From an uncultured Candidatus Saccharibacteria bacterium (GTDB lineage: Bacteria > Patescibacteriota > Minisyncoccia > Phycocordibacterales > PALSA-1337), in contig CAYHTR010000003.1 in NCBI GenBank assembly GCA_964359745.1, positions 1 to 32,079 on the forward strand: a DNA stretch of 32,079 bases, given 5' to 3'. Below the pieces are notes generated by a model. That model was not told the DNA's origin, ran no database searches, and was given only the letters and a program-made list of their open reading frames with translations. The position numbers were made by a program, and so were the translations under genes. This document shows, in pieces, positions 1-6,982 of this stretch (position 1 is its first letter; every line of letters starts with the position of its first letter).

Positions 1-1
1 A

Positions 2-130
2 AAAGCTCTTGATGCTATCTCAGTTTTTCTGATAGAAAAAGAAACAATTGAAAGAGATGATTATGAAAATATAATTATCGCGCACGGAATTGTTCCAAAA
101 AAGAAATTGGATATTGAGCATCAGGTATAG
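2..130 (+). CDS. ftsH: 3' end of a gene entering from upstream; the tail resembles the FtsH AAA-protease C-terminus (partial)
   Basis: Open frame from the window edge reads KALDAISVFLIEKETIERDDYENIIIAHGIVPKKKLDIEHQV, then TAG at 128-130. An L-x-EKETI-x-x-acidic-aromatic tail is typical of FtsH C-termini. It is absent from the ORF track because it has no start in the window. Confidence 0.45.
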   Translation, partial: KALDAISVFLIEKETIERDDYENIIIAHGIVPKKKLDIEHQV

Positions 131-144
131 TAACATACTGGTAT

Positions 145-217
145 GCGCGTGTAGCTCAGTTGGTAGAGCGGTCGTCTTATACACGACTGGTCCTAGGTTC
201 GAGTCCTAGCACGCGCA
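145..217 (+). tRNA. tRNA-Ile with anticodon UAU (73 nt, no encoded CCA)
   Basis: Hand-folded cloverleaf. Acceptor GCGCGTG/CACGCGC. D-arm GCTC-AGTTGGTA-GAGC. Anticodon stem GTCGT/ACGAC with loop C-T-TAT-A-C (anticodon at 178-180). T-arm CTAGG-TTCGAGT-CCTAG. Discriminator A. Confidence 0.85.
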
Positions 218-251
218 CTAGCGAAAAAAATCTATGCGTGACCACAACTTG

Positions 252-288
252 TTGCAAGATATTGATATTTATGTATAATAAATACATA
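252..288 (+). promoter_or_regulatory. Candidate sigma70-type promoter plus inverted-repeat operator upstream of the antitoxin gene
   Basis: TTGCAA (252-257), 16-nt spacer, TATAAT (274-279). Inverted repeat TATGTAT-AATAA-ATACATA (270-288) overlaps the -10, as expected for antitoxin autoregulation. The AT-rich background lowers significance. Confidence 0.35.
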
Positions 289-296
289 TTATAAAT

Positions 297-557
297 ATGA
301 TAAAAAATATGAAATCTATAACTTTCACAAACAATATGTCTTCTGATCTTATGCAATGGATGGAAAAGTATTCCATTAGTCAAAAATTAACCAGACGAGC
401 AGTAATAGAAAAAGCCTTGAATGATTTAAGGAAGTCTGTGCGTCAAAAGGAATACGCTGAATCTTTCAAGCGGGCATCTTTGGATTCTGAAATGAAAAGT
501 ATGGCTGAAGAAGGCTTGGGAGACTATTTAGAACAATTAACTCGTCTAGAAAAATAA
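297..557 (+). CDS. Type II antitoxin, probably ribbon-helix-helix type, partner of the MazF/PemK toxin
   Basis: 86-aa ORF ending 1 nt before the toxin gene. Small and charged, with a C-terminal acidic segment (EEGLGDYLEQL). Position and size fit a MazE/RHH antitoxin. An alternative ATG lies at 309. Confidence 0.6.
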   Translation: MIKNMKSITFTNNMSSDLMQWMEKYSISQKLTRRAVIEKALNDLRKSVRQKEYAESFKRASLDSEMKSMAEEGLGDYLEQLTRLEK

Positions 558-558
558 A

Positions 559-891
559 ATGCAACAGAGAGATATTTACTTAGCTGATCTTAATCCAGTT
601 AAAGGCAAAGAGCAAAAAGGTAAAAGGCCGGTAGTTCTCATTTCAGGTAATATGATGAATGAAAACTTTGATGTTTGTATAATCTGTCCAATTTCGAGTA
701 AAATAAAAAATTATGCTGGTTCCGTAAAGCTAGAGAAAAATAAGATAAATAAACTTGACGAAGATTCTGAAATTTTAGCTTTTCAAATACGCACTATAGC
801 AAAAGAAAGAATGATTAAAAAAATAGGTGAAATCACAAATGAACAACTCAAAGAAATCTTTTATTCTTTGAATGAAGTATTTTATTACTAA
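559..891 (+). CDS. mazF: MazF/PemK-family endoribonuclease toxin
   Basis: The N-terminus RDIYLADLNPVKGKEQKGKRPVVLIS is the classic PemK/MazF signature. It is 110 aa long and directly follows a small antitoxin ORF. Confidence 0.85.
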   Translation: MQQRDIYLADLNPVKGKEQKGKRPVVLISGNMMNENFDVCIICPISSKIKNYAGSVKLEKNKINKLDEDSEILAFQIRTIAKERMIKKIGEITNEQLKEIFYSLNEVFYY

Positions 892-902
892 ATAAAACCC
901 AT

Positions 903-3047
903 TTACTCAAAATGAATTTCTTCGGTTTTATGGGAGGCGAGGTGTTGTTTAATGAGGGGGTAATTTGAAAGGGTTTCGTTTGTGGATAGAAGCTGCGCGG
1001 CCTCCAGCCGCGCAGCTTCAACCATTTTGATATTTTTTATCGCTTCCATTGCAACATCGGAAAGTCCCCATTGTTTCCTGCCGTAAAGTTCCCCGGCGCC
1101 CCGTTGAGCTAAATCAAACTCTGCCAATTCAAAACCATTTTTTGCTTGCCCGAGCGCTTCCAAGCGCTTTAGGGTTTTATCTGTCTTGCTCTCGGCGAAC
1201 ACATAACAATAAGCTTGATGATTGCTACGTAAAACTCGTCCGCGGAATTGGTGAAGTTGAGCAAGTCCGAATCGTTCGCCCCCTTCAATAATAATTATTG
1301 TTGCATTTGGCACATTAACTCCCACTTCAACCACACTGGTAGCAATAAGAATTTGAATTTTATTTTTTTCAAAATCAATCATCACTTTTTCTTTTTCATC
1401 TGTTGTCATCTTGCTATGCATAATTCCAATTTCATATTTTTGAAAAATATCTTTTTTTAATCTTTTGGCTTCTTCTGTTACGGATTTTACATTGAGTACT
1501 TGCTCTTTATCTGGGTCGGGCTCACTAATGCGTGGACAAATTACATAAAGTTGTCTACCTATTTTTAGTTCTTCTTTAATTTTTGAATATGTCTCGTCTC
1601 TTTTGTTAGGTAAAACTATTTCTGTAATAATCGGTTTTCTGCCTTTTGGCATTTCATCAAGTAATGTTAAATCAAGATCGCCATATACAGTCAAAGCGAG
1701 AGTGCGAGGAATTGGTGTGGCGGTCATAGATAAAAAGTGAGGAGCGAGTTGGGTTTTATGAGCTAATTTTTGTCGTTGATTAGTACCAAAACGGTGTTGT
1801 TCATCAATAATTACGTAAGCTAATTTTTTGAATTTTACTGTTTTTTGAATTAAAGCATGGGTGCCGACAAGTATTGCAATTTCCCCGTTTGCTACCCATT
1901 TTAAAAGTTGGGAGCGAGAAATATCTGTCCAGCCTTTTGGGTTTACTTTTGAGGGAAATTTTCTGCAACCACTTCCAGTAATAAGACCAATTTGAATGTT
2001 TAAATAAGAAAAATATTTTATAAATGACTCAAAATGTTGTTTTGCTAGAATTTCTGTGGGACACATATAGGCGACTTGCAATTTATTTGTAACGACTGCG
2101 TATGCGGAGACGGCAGCCACTGCAGTTTTTCCAGAACCAACATCTCCGTGAAGTAAACGCGACATTGCATTTCCTTTTTTAAAATCATGAAGAATATGGT
2201 CAACAGCTTTTCGTTGAGCATTTGTAGCTTCAAAAGGAAAGCGTTTTACAAATTCTTCCACTTCATCTCTATTTTTTGAAATAATAAACGACGGATTTTT
2301 TTGATAAGCGATTTTTGATTGTTGTTTGGCTATTTGAATATAAAAAACTTCTTCGAAAGCGAAGCGTTTTCGCGCTGATTGAGCATCGCTGGTTTTTAGT
2401 GGAGAGTGAATCCAAATTAGAGCAGTTTTTAATGTTGGCAAGTTGTATTTTTGAAGTAATTCTTTTGGAATGGAATCTGTCAATGCGTCTAATATCCCGC
2501 TTTTAAAAATTTTTTGAATAGCGTGATAAATCCAGTTTGAAGTTATTCCTCGTGATTCTGGGTAAATAGGATAAAGTGTATGTTTTTCTCCATTTTCGCC
2601 AAATAAAGAATCGCCGACGCCGATCGGAAGCTTGCTAACTTTTTCCATTTTAGGATTAGTGAAATATAATTCACCAGATTTTTTTTGCGAGACCTTTCCT
2701 TCAATGCGAACCAAACTTTCTTCCACAAACATTTTCGCAAGATATGGTTGATAAAACCAGATACATTTGATACTTCCAGTATCGTCCGTAATTTTCGCTT
2801 CGCCCATCGGGATTTTTTTTATAAAAGCTTTTGATGTTTTGAGTCCAGAAATTTTTCCAAAAATCACAGCTGTTTCTCCTTTTACCAAACTAGCGATATT
2901 TTTCATTTCCGAAGTATCACCATATCGCACTGGAAAATGATAGAGCAAATCTTCAATAGTCAAAATACCAAGCTTTGCCAAGGCTTTTTTTTGAATTGGC
3001 ATTAAGCGAAAATGTTCGGCAATGGGGGAATTGGGTTGCATATCCAC
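903..3047 (-). CDS. recG: ATP-dependent DNA helicase RecG
   Basis: 714 aa. Wedge/OB N-terminal region, Walker A GDVGSGKT, DEQH box (IIDEQHRFG), and the helicase C-terminal motif QLHQFRGRVLRS. The track start at 3047 is GTG; an in-frame ATG lies at 3041. Confidence 0.9.
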   Translation of the reverse strand: MDMQPNSPIAEHFRLMPIQKKALAKLGILTIEDLLYHFPVRYGDTSEMKNIASLVKGETAVIFGKISGLKTSKAFIKKIPMGEAKITDDTGSIKCIWFYQPYLAKMFVEESLVRIEGKVSQKKSGELYFTNPKMEKVSKLPIGVGDSLFGENGEKHTLYPIYPESRGITSNWIYHAIQKIFKSGILDALTDSIPKELLQKYNLPTLKTALIWIHSPLKTSDAQSARKRFAFEEVFYIQIAKQQSKIAYQKNPSFIISKNRDEVEEFVKRFPFEATNAQRKAVDHILHDFKKGNAMSRLLHGDVGSGKTAVAAVSAYAVVTNKLQVAYMCPTEILAKQHFESFIKYFSYLNIQIGLITGSGCRKFPSKVNPKGWTDISRSQLLKWVANGEIAILVGTHALIQKTVKFKKLAYVIIDEQHRFGTNQRQKLAHKTQLAPHFLSMTATPIPRTLALTVYGDLDLTLLDEMPKGRKPIITEIVLPNKRDETYSKIKEELKIGRQLYVICPRISEPDPDKEQVLNVKSVTEEAKRLKKDIFQKYEIGIMHSKMTTDEKEKVMIDFEKNKIQILIATSVVEVGVNVPNATIIIIEGGERFGLAQLHQFRGRVLRSNHQAYCYVFAESKTDKTLKRLEALGQAKNGFELAEFDLAQRGAGELYGRKQWGLSDVAMEAIKNIKMVEAARLEAAQLLSTNETLSNYPLIKQHLASHKTEEIHFE

Positions 3048-3104
3048 ATTGTATATTAAAGATTAGAAAAAAATAGCGAAATATGTTACATTAGTCAAGT
3101 AAAC

Positions 3105-3191
3105 GGAGCCGTGTCAGAGTGGTCTATCGTGCATCTTTGCTAAAGATGCGGGGTTTAAACGCCCCCGATGGTTCGAATCCATCCGGCTCCG
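3105..3191 (+). tRNA. tRNA-Ser with anticodon GCU (class II, long variable arm, 87 nt)
   Basis: Acceptor GGAGCCG/CGGCTCC. Anticodon stem GCATC/GATGC with loop TT-GCT-AA. Long variable arm GGGG..CCCC. T-arm GATGG-TTCGAAT-CCATC. Discriminator G. Confidence 0.85.
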
Positions 3192-3737
3192 CAAATTTTT
3201 TAAGCAAGAAAATACAAAAGCTGGAGGGATATTTAGAGGAGTAAAATCAATAGAGACCTCATTAAAAATGTTTTTTAATAATTTAAGAGATTCTAAAGAA
3301 TACTGAAATTGAATAAAACGCCCTTGAGAAGCTAATATTTTATAGGAAAAAAGTAAAAGATTTTTTTTATCTTTTGACAAAAGGTTAGTCAAAGGAATAC
3401 CTGAAATTATATAATCTGGAGATTGTTCGTTAAGACGTTTTTTTAAATTGATGGCGGATTCATTAAAAATTGTCATTCTTGAATCATTTATATTTTTTAA
3501 TTTTTGATAAAAATCACTATTGGATTCAAAGACAATGAGTTTGCTGTTCGAGCTCATTTTTTTTAATAATTCTCTGGTAATGCAACCTGAACCTGGTCCG
3601 AACTCCACAATCATTTTTGCTCGCTTAAAATCTATCGGTTTAAGCATTTTTTTAACCAAAAATTTGGAACTTGGGGTAATTGCTCCGACTTCGCGCCAGT
3701 TTTTTATAAACTCTTTGATAAAAAAAAATTTCTCCAT
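3114..3737 (-). CDS. Class I SAM-dependent methyltransferase (small, phospholipid/rRNA-methyltransferase-like)
   Basis: 207 aa. SAM-binding motif I IVEFGPGSGCITRELL. The family-like core ends near PPAFVFSCLKN. The last ~26 codons are antisense to tRNA-Ser (see findings). Confidence 0.7.
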   Translation of the reverse strand: MEKFFFIKEFIKNWREVGAITPSSKFLVKKMLKPIDFKRAKMIVEFGPGSGCITRELLKKMSSNSKLIVFESNSDFYQKLKNINDSRMTIFNESAINLKKRLNEQSPDYIISGIPLTNLLSKDKKNLLLFSYKILASQGRFIQFQYSLESLKLLKNIFNEVSIDFTPLNIPPAFVFSCLKNLRSRMDSNHRGRLNPASLAKMHDRPL

Positions 3738-3750
3738 AATTATTTATTAT

Positions 3751-4404
3751 CTAATGTGCTACAGCTACACAGAAAATTTTTCTGGCTCCAGCACGCAAAA
3801 GTTCTCGACGAGCTTGAGTCAAAGTTGTGCCGGTAGTGGCCACATCATCTATTAAAATTATATTTCTATCTTTTATTTTTTCACTATCTTTTATACTAAA
3901 ACAATCACGTAAATTTTTCATTCTTTCTTCTCGACTTTTGACAGAGGTTTGATGAGGTGTGTTTTTTGTTTTAAATAAAATGGAGTTTGAATATTCAAAT
4001 ACATAATTTATGTCCATTTTTTTGATTTCATTTGTTAAAAGTTCAATTTGATTATATTGGCGTTCACGCAATCTTTCTTTTGATAAAGGTATAGGAATAA
4101 TGATTGATTTTTCTTCTGTTTCTGCTAAAAGTGTTTGATAAAGACATTGTGCTAACAGATTAGCAATTTTAATATTTTTGCGATATTTTAATTGCCAAAT
4201 CATACTTTTCATAATATTGTTTTGATAATCAAAAATAGCAGTTATATCCAAGTCCTCATTAATAGTGCGTGGCTCGGGTATTGCTTCATAAAGATCCCCT
4301 ATACTCATATTTTCAAGATTTATTAGTGAAATCGGACGAGGAAAAATAATATCAAGTAGTTTTGCTAAAAAATCTTTTAAGTTCATAATAGATAAGCATA
4401 ACAT
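3751..4404 (-). CDS. comF: ComF-family phosphoribosyltransferase-domain protein
   Basis: The C-terminal PRTase motif NIILIDDVATTGTTLTQARRELLRAGARKIFCVAVAH and the N-terminal LLDIIFPRP segment are typical of ComFC. An alternative ATG lies at 4386. Confidence 0.8.
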   Translation of the reverse strand: MLCLSIMNLKDFLAKLLDIIFPRPISLINLENMSIGDLYEAIPEPRTINEDLDITAIFDYQNNIMKSMIWQLKYRKNIKIANLLAQCLYQTLLAETEEKSIIIPIPLSKERLRERQYNQIELLTNEIKKMDINYVFEYSNSILFKTKNTPHQTSVKSREERMKNLRDCFSIKDSEKIKDRNIILIDDVATTGTTLTQARRELLRAGARKIFCVAVAH

Positions 4405-4435
4405 CTAAATTATGTTATACTAATTCACATATATT

Positions 4436-5554
4436 ATGGCTTTTTCAGACCTATTTAACATTTTTAAAAAAAGTGATACCAGCGTTCTTGGTATTGATGT
4501 TGGTGCTTCGTCTATAAAAATAGTGCAACTTAAGAAAAAAAGAGGCAAGGCCATTCTTGAAACATATGGTGAACTGGCCTTAGGACCTTATGGTGGAGTA
4601 GAAATAGGTAGAGCTACTAATTTACCAAATGAAAAAATAATTGAAGGACTTATTGACTTGATAAAAGAATCGCATGTTACCACAAAAAGATGTGGTATTG
4701 CCATTCCTCTTTCTTCAAGCTTAGTGACTTTTATAAAAATGCCGGCGTTTGATAATAAACAGCTTGTGCAAATGATCCCGATTGAAGCTAGGAAATATAT
4801 TCCAGTGCCGATTACAGAAGTTTCGCTTGATTGGTGGATTGTTCCAAAAGAAGACAAAATGGTGCCAAGTGGTATGGATACGGAACAAAAACCAAATCCA
4901 GAAAAAGATACTATAGACGTGATGGTGGTGGCTATCCATAATGAGGCACTTTCAAAATATCGCGATATTACAACTAAAGCGTCTCTGGAATCCTCTTTTT
5001 TTGAAATTGAAATATTTAGTACAATTCGTGCATCTCTTGAACAGGGAATTGAAGCAGTTATGATTCTTGATATGGGAGCTGGGACAACAAAATTATATAT
5101 TGTGGAAAAAGGAGTTCTTCAAAGTTCTCATACTATCAATCGCGGTTCGCAGGATATTACATTAGCTATTTCAAGAGCAATGGGTAAGGAAGTCAATGAG
5201 GCCGAAAATCTAAAAAGAATAATCGGTCTTTCTGCAAAACCGGAAGACAAAACCCTTAATGAAGTCATAACACTCACTCTTGATTATATTTTTTATGAAT
5301 CTAATCGTGTTTTGTTAAATTATCAGAAAAAAAATAACAAAGATATTAGTAAGGTTGTTTTGACAGGTGGAGGGGTATTGTTGAAAGGTTTTGCGGAAAT
5401 GGCTAGGACTAGTTTTCAAACTGATGTCGTGCTTGCGGATCCATTTGGTAAAGTGCAAACTCCAGCGTTTTTAAATGATGTTTTAAACACCGCTGGTCCA
5501 GAATTTGCCGTCGCTCTCGGTATCGCTCTGCGAAAATTAGGCGAAGTGGAGTAA
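4436..5554 (+). CDS. pilM: Type IV pilus assembly protein PilM (actin-like ATPase fold)
   Basis: 372 aa. N-terminal VLGIDVGASSIKIVQLKKK phosphate-1-like motif, a later ILDMGAGTTKL motif, and VLTGGG. This is the PilM architecture. Confidence 0.85.
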   Translation: MAFSDLFNIFKKSDTSVLGIDVGASSIKIVQLKKKRGKAILETYGELALGPYGGVEIGRATNLPNEKIIEGLIDLIKESHVTTKRCGIAIPLSSSLVTFIKMPAFDNKQLVQMIPIEARKYIPVPITEVSLDWWIVPKEDKMVPSGMDTEQKPNPEKDTIDVMVVAIHNEALSKYRDITTKASLESSFFEIEIFSTIRASLEQGIEAVMILDMGAGTTKLYIVEKGVLQSSHTINRGSQDITLAISRAMGKEVNEAENLKRIIGLSAKPEDKTLNEVITLTLDYIFYESNRVLLNYQKKNNKDISKVVLTGGGVLLKGFAEMARTSFQTDVVLADPFGKVQTPAFLNDVLNTAGPEFAVALGIALRKLGEVE

Positions 5555-5578
5555 TTAGTTTATTAATTAATCTGAAAT

Positions 5579-5848
5579 ATGGAAACATTCATTATAATTT
5601 TGTTAATAGTTATTGTTTTAGAACTCTATAATATATTAGGGAGATTGAGACACATAGATGATGTATTACAACGTATTTGGCAAGGGTTATTTAATGATTC
5701 ACATGGAGGATTAGGCAGATTAGATTATTTAAAATACATAGACACTAAACTTGAAAAGATAGATATTATAAAAAAAATTGCTGAAGAAGTTAAAAATATA
5801 TCAGAGAATATTGAGGTAGTTAGAGATGAAATAGTGAACAAAAATTAA
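5579..5848 (+). CDS. Hypothetical small membrane-anchored coiled-coil protein
   Basis: 89-aa ORF. N-terminal hydrophobic helix (FIIILLIVIVLELY) followed by a charged heptad-like segment. No recognisable family and no clear SD. Confidence 0.4.
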   Translation: METFIIILLIVIVLELYNILGRLRHIDDVLQRIWQGLFNDSHGGLGRLDYLKYIDTKLEKIDIIKKIAEEVKNISENIEVVRDEIVNKN

Positions 5849-6021
5849 CATTAATAAGTAGAAAGCGAGTTATTTTTAGTTTTTATCCTAATTCTATTAT
5901 CTTCATATTTATAGCCATTTTTATGAAAGTTATAAACATATTTCGCTTGTAAAATTTGTTATCATGATATAGTATAAAAATGTTAGTGGGTGTAGGTTTC
6001 TTGTCTATGACCCACAAAGGG

Positions 6022-6041
6022 CGGCACGCGTAAGCGTGCCG
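6022..6041. terminator. GC-rich hairpin between convergent genes (possible bidirectional terminator)
   Basis: CGGCACGC-GTAA-GCGTGCCG (8-bp stem, GNRA-type loop) followed on the plus strand by TTTCCTTTA. It lies 7 nt beyond the stop of the minus-strand gene at 6048. Confidence 0.4.
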
Positions 6042-6047
6042 TTTCCT

Positions 6048-6860
6048 TTATACACATTCAAATACATTAAAATATGCTTTAGCATTGTTTGTAAATTCAG
6101 CTGCTAATGTTGTAACACCTAAAGAAGCTCTTATCTTTTTTACTAAAGGCTCTTTCTTTAATTCTGTTTTTGGAGTATTTAGCATATTTTTCTTTTTGTA
6201 GTCATACATGACAGATCCTAATAGAACATCACATAACTGCATAGGCATATTTGAATGGGATTCAATACTAAAACAACCAAAGACTCTATTGAAGTCTAGG
6301 CTACTATTTTTTGAAATCTGTTCTCTAATTTTACTCATGATGGTATCTTCGAGCGACAAAGCTTTATTTTTAGGTTTTGTAATTTCATCCACAACTAAAC
6401 AAAGTTCATCATTGGGAGGTAATTTTCCCATTTCAGTTGCGACCAGCATTGCCACATATTTTGTGTAAGTTTCCCAAGCATCTCCCATATTACCATTATC
6501 AAAATTTTGGTTTTGTTTATCAATTACCATAGCAGAAAATCGATTGTCTGGATCAGAAAGGAATATATCAATCATACTCTCATAATGTGGGAAAACCATT
6601 TTACTCCCCACGTGGTCAAATTTCATTTCAAATCGGTAATTTCCCTTTAACATAGTAATAACCTCATCTTTATTCCCATTTCTTAAAAGAAACTCTATTC
6701 TATTGTTTTTTGAAATTTTTACTAAAGTTTTTGCTGGTTGACTATTTTTACACAGTTTGTCTCCTAAATCTCCCACATTTTTTACAACTAATAATCCCGT
6801 TCCAAAAAAACGGTCGCTTTTCAATATTCCACTTGAATCTGTGAAGCAAAATCTTTTCAT
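6048..6860 (-). CDS. DUF3800-like hypothetical protein
   Basis: 270 aa. N-terminal FCFTDSSG resembles the DUF3800 (I/Y)-x-D-E-S-G start. Later EMKFDHV, LVVDE and SIESHSNMPMQLCDVLLGSV resemble the conserved His/Asp and QxxD segments of that family. Family recall is from memory and has not been searched. Confidence 0.5.
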   Translation of the reverse strand: MKRFCFTDSSGILKSDRFFGTGLLVVKNVGDLGDKLCKNSQPAKTLVKISKNNRIEFLLRNGNKDEVITMLKGNYRFEMKFDHVGSKMVFPHYESMIDIFLSDPDNRFSAMVIDKQNQNFDNGNMGDAWETYTKYVAMLVATEMGKLPPNDELCLVVDEITKPKNKALSLEDTIMSKIREQISKNSSLDFNRVFGCFSIESHSNMPMQLCDVLLGSVMYDYKKKNMLNTPKTELKKEPLVKKIRASLGVTTLAAEFTNNAKAYFNVFECV

Positions 6861-6864
6861 AAAA

Positions 6865-6883
6865 AAACACCTAATTGGTGTTT
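6865..6883 (-). other. Hairpin plus T-run abutting the start codon of the DUF3800-like gene
   Basis: AAACACC-TAATT-GGTGTTT. On the minus strand the stem runs into a T7 tract that ends directly at the ATG (6860). There is no SD. The function is unknown (attenuator-like or insulating terminator). Confidence 0.3.
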
Positions 6884-6982
6884 CTAGATATTATCATATT
6901 TTACAAAAAACAATAGGTAACTTATCCACATTTTGGAGTAATCCACAGACGGAATTTGTGTATTGGTATTATAATAGAGTAA

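Noticed and set aside
177-383. 68-aa minus-strand ORF overlapping tRNA-Ile and the TA promoter.
   Set aside because: It overlaps a well-folded tRNA and an AT-rich promoter region, and has no support.
1049-2740. Several 60-80-aa ORFs on the plus strand (1049-1291, 1248-1460, 2315-2506) and alternative-frame minus-strand ORFs (2045-2233, 2543-2740) inside recG.
   Set aside because: They lie entirely within or antisense to a strongly supported 714-aa helicase gene. They have low-complexity composition and no start signals. The same reasoning applies to the other short track ORFs embedded in pilM, pilB, pilC, ligA, the PIF1 helicase, ssb, efp, rplY and rpmE.
5947-6050. A plus-strand sRNA from a TTGTAA-15-TATAGT promoter running into the 6022-6041 hairpin.
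   Set aside because: The promoter spacing is poor and the hexamers are weak. The hairpin is adequately explained as the terminator of the convergent genes.
6922-6947. A chromosomal replication origin, suggested by the DnaA boxes.
   Set aside because: Only two boxes occur here, and the other copies are kilobases apart. There is no dnaA/dnaN neighbourhood and no obvious AT-rich unwinding repeats, so a regulatory motif is more plausible.
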